Positions 23,971 through 24,000 of a stretch of DNA of 24,000 bases are shown piece by piece (the stretch's first letter is position 1; each line of letters opens with the position of its first letter). The stretch is taken from contig JBEPYN010000002.1 in NCBI GenBank assembly GCA_041641305.1, forward strand, positions 543,509 through 567,508. The letters are read 5' to 3'. A model generated the notes under the pieces. The model searched no databases, was not told the DNA's origin, and saw only the letters and a program-made list of their open reading frames with translations. Position numbers and translations under genes: made by a program. The DNA is from Nitrososphaerota archaeon. GTDB lineage: Archaea > Thermoproteota > Nitrososphaeria_A > Caldarchaeales > Caldarchaeaceae.

Positions 23971-24000
23971 ACTCCCACAGCTCCTTCCTCAGAAGGTCCC

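Noticed and set aside
1-24000. CRISPR arrays, rRNA genes, IS elements with terminal inverted repeats, and long tandem repeats
   Set aside because: I saw no regularly spaced direct repeats, no transposase or integrase-like ORF and no rRNA-like sequence on either strand.

Overview
The window looks like a tightly packed archaeal chromosome segment. This is inferred from TATA-box promoters about 25-32 nt upstream of starts, apparently leaderless genes, an archaeal-type MetAP, UPF0147- and DUF1512-like proteins, and a tRNA with a non-canonical intron, which is typical of Thermoproteota/Crenarchaeota. Most of it is housekeeping. It contains the 3' end of a Liv-type branched-chain amino acid ABC transporter, an AA_synth/MMSDH pair, Ogt, an SDR, a type IA topoisomerase, MetAP, an MscS plus TreT-like glycosyltransferase operon, a MOSC protein, IlvD, PheA, a HIBADH-like dehydrogenase, an ArsB/NhaD-type permease and three tRNA genes (Phe-GAA with a D-arm intron, Gly-UCC, Met/Ile-CAU). 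The main accessory feature is a ~2.5 kb low-GC island (about 7051-9641). It is bounded by a tRNA-like 3' remnant and by the 3' end of tRNA-Phe. It carries one 625-aa ORF that fuses an unrecognised N-terminal domain to an MCM/BrxL/McrB-style AAA+ NTPase, which is a candidate single-gene defence or mobile-element protein. Other oddities are two ~130-nt tracts that are about 80-90% G+T on the coding strand at gene 5' ends, a co-directional cluster of unknown protein, Topo IA, DUF1512-like protein and Zn-ribbon protein, and very compact tRNA/mRNA promoter sharing around the MOSC gene. All family assignments come from motif recognition by eye; no searches were run.
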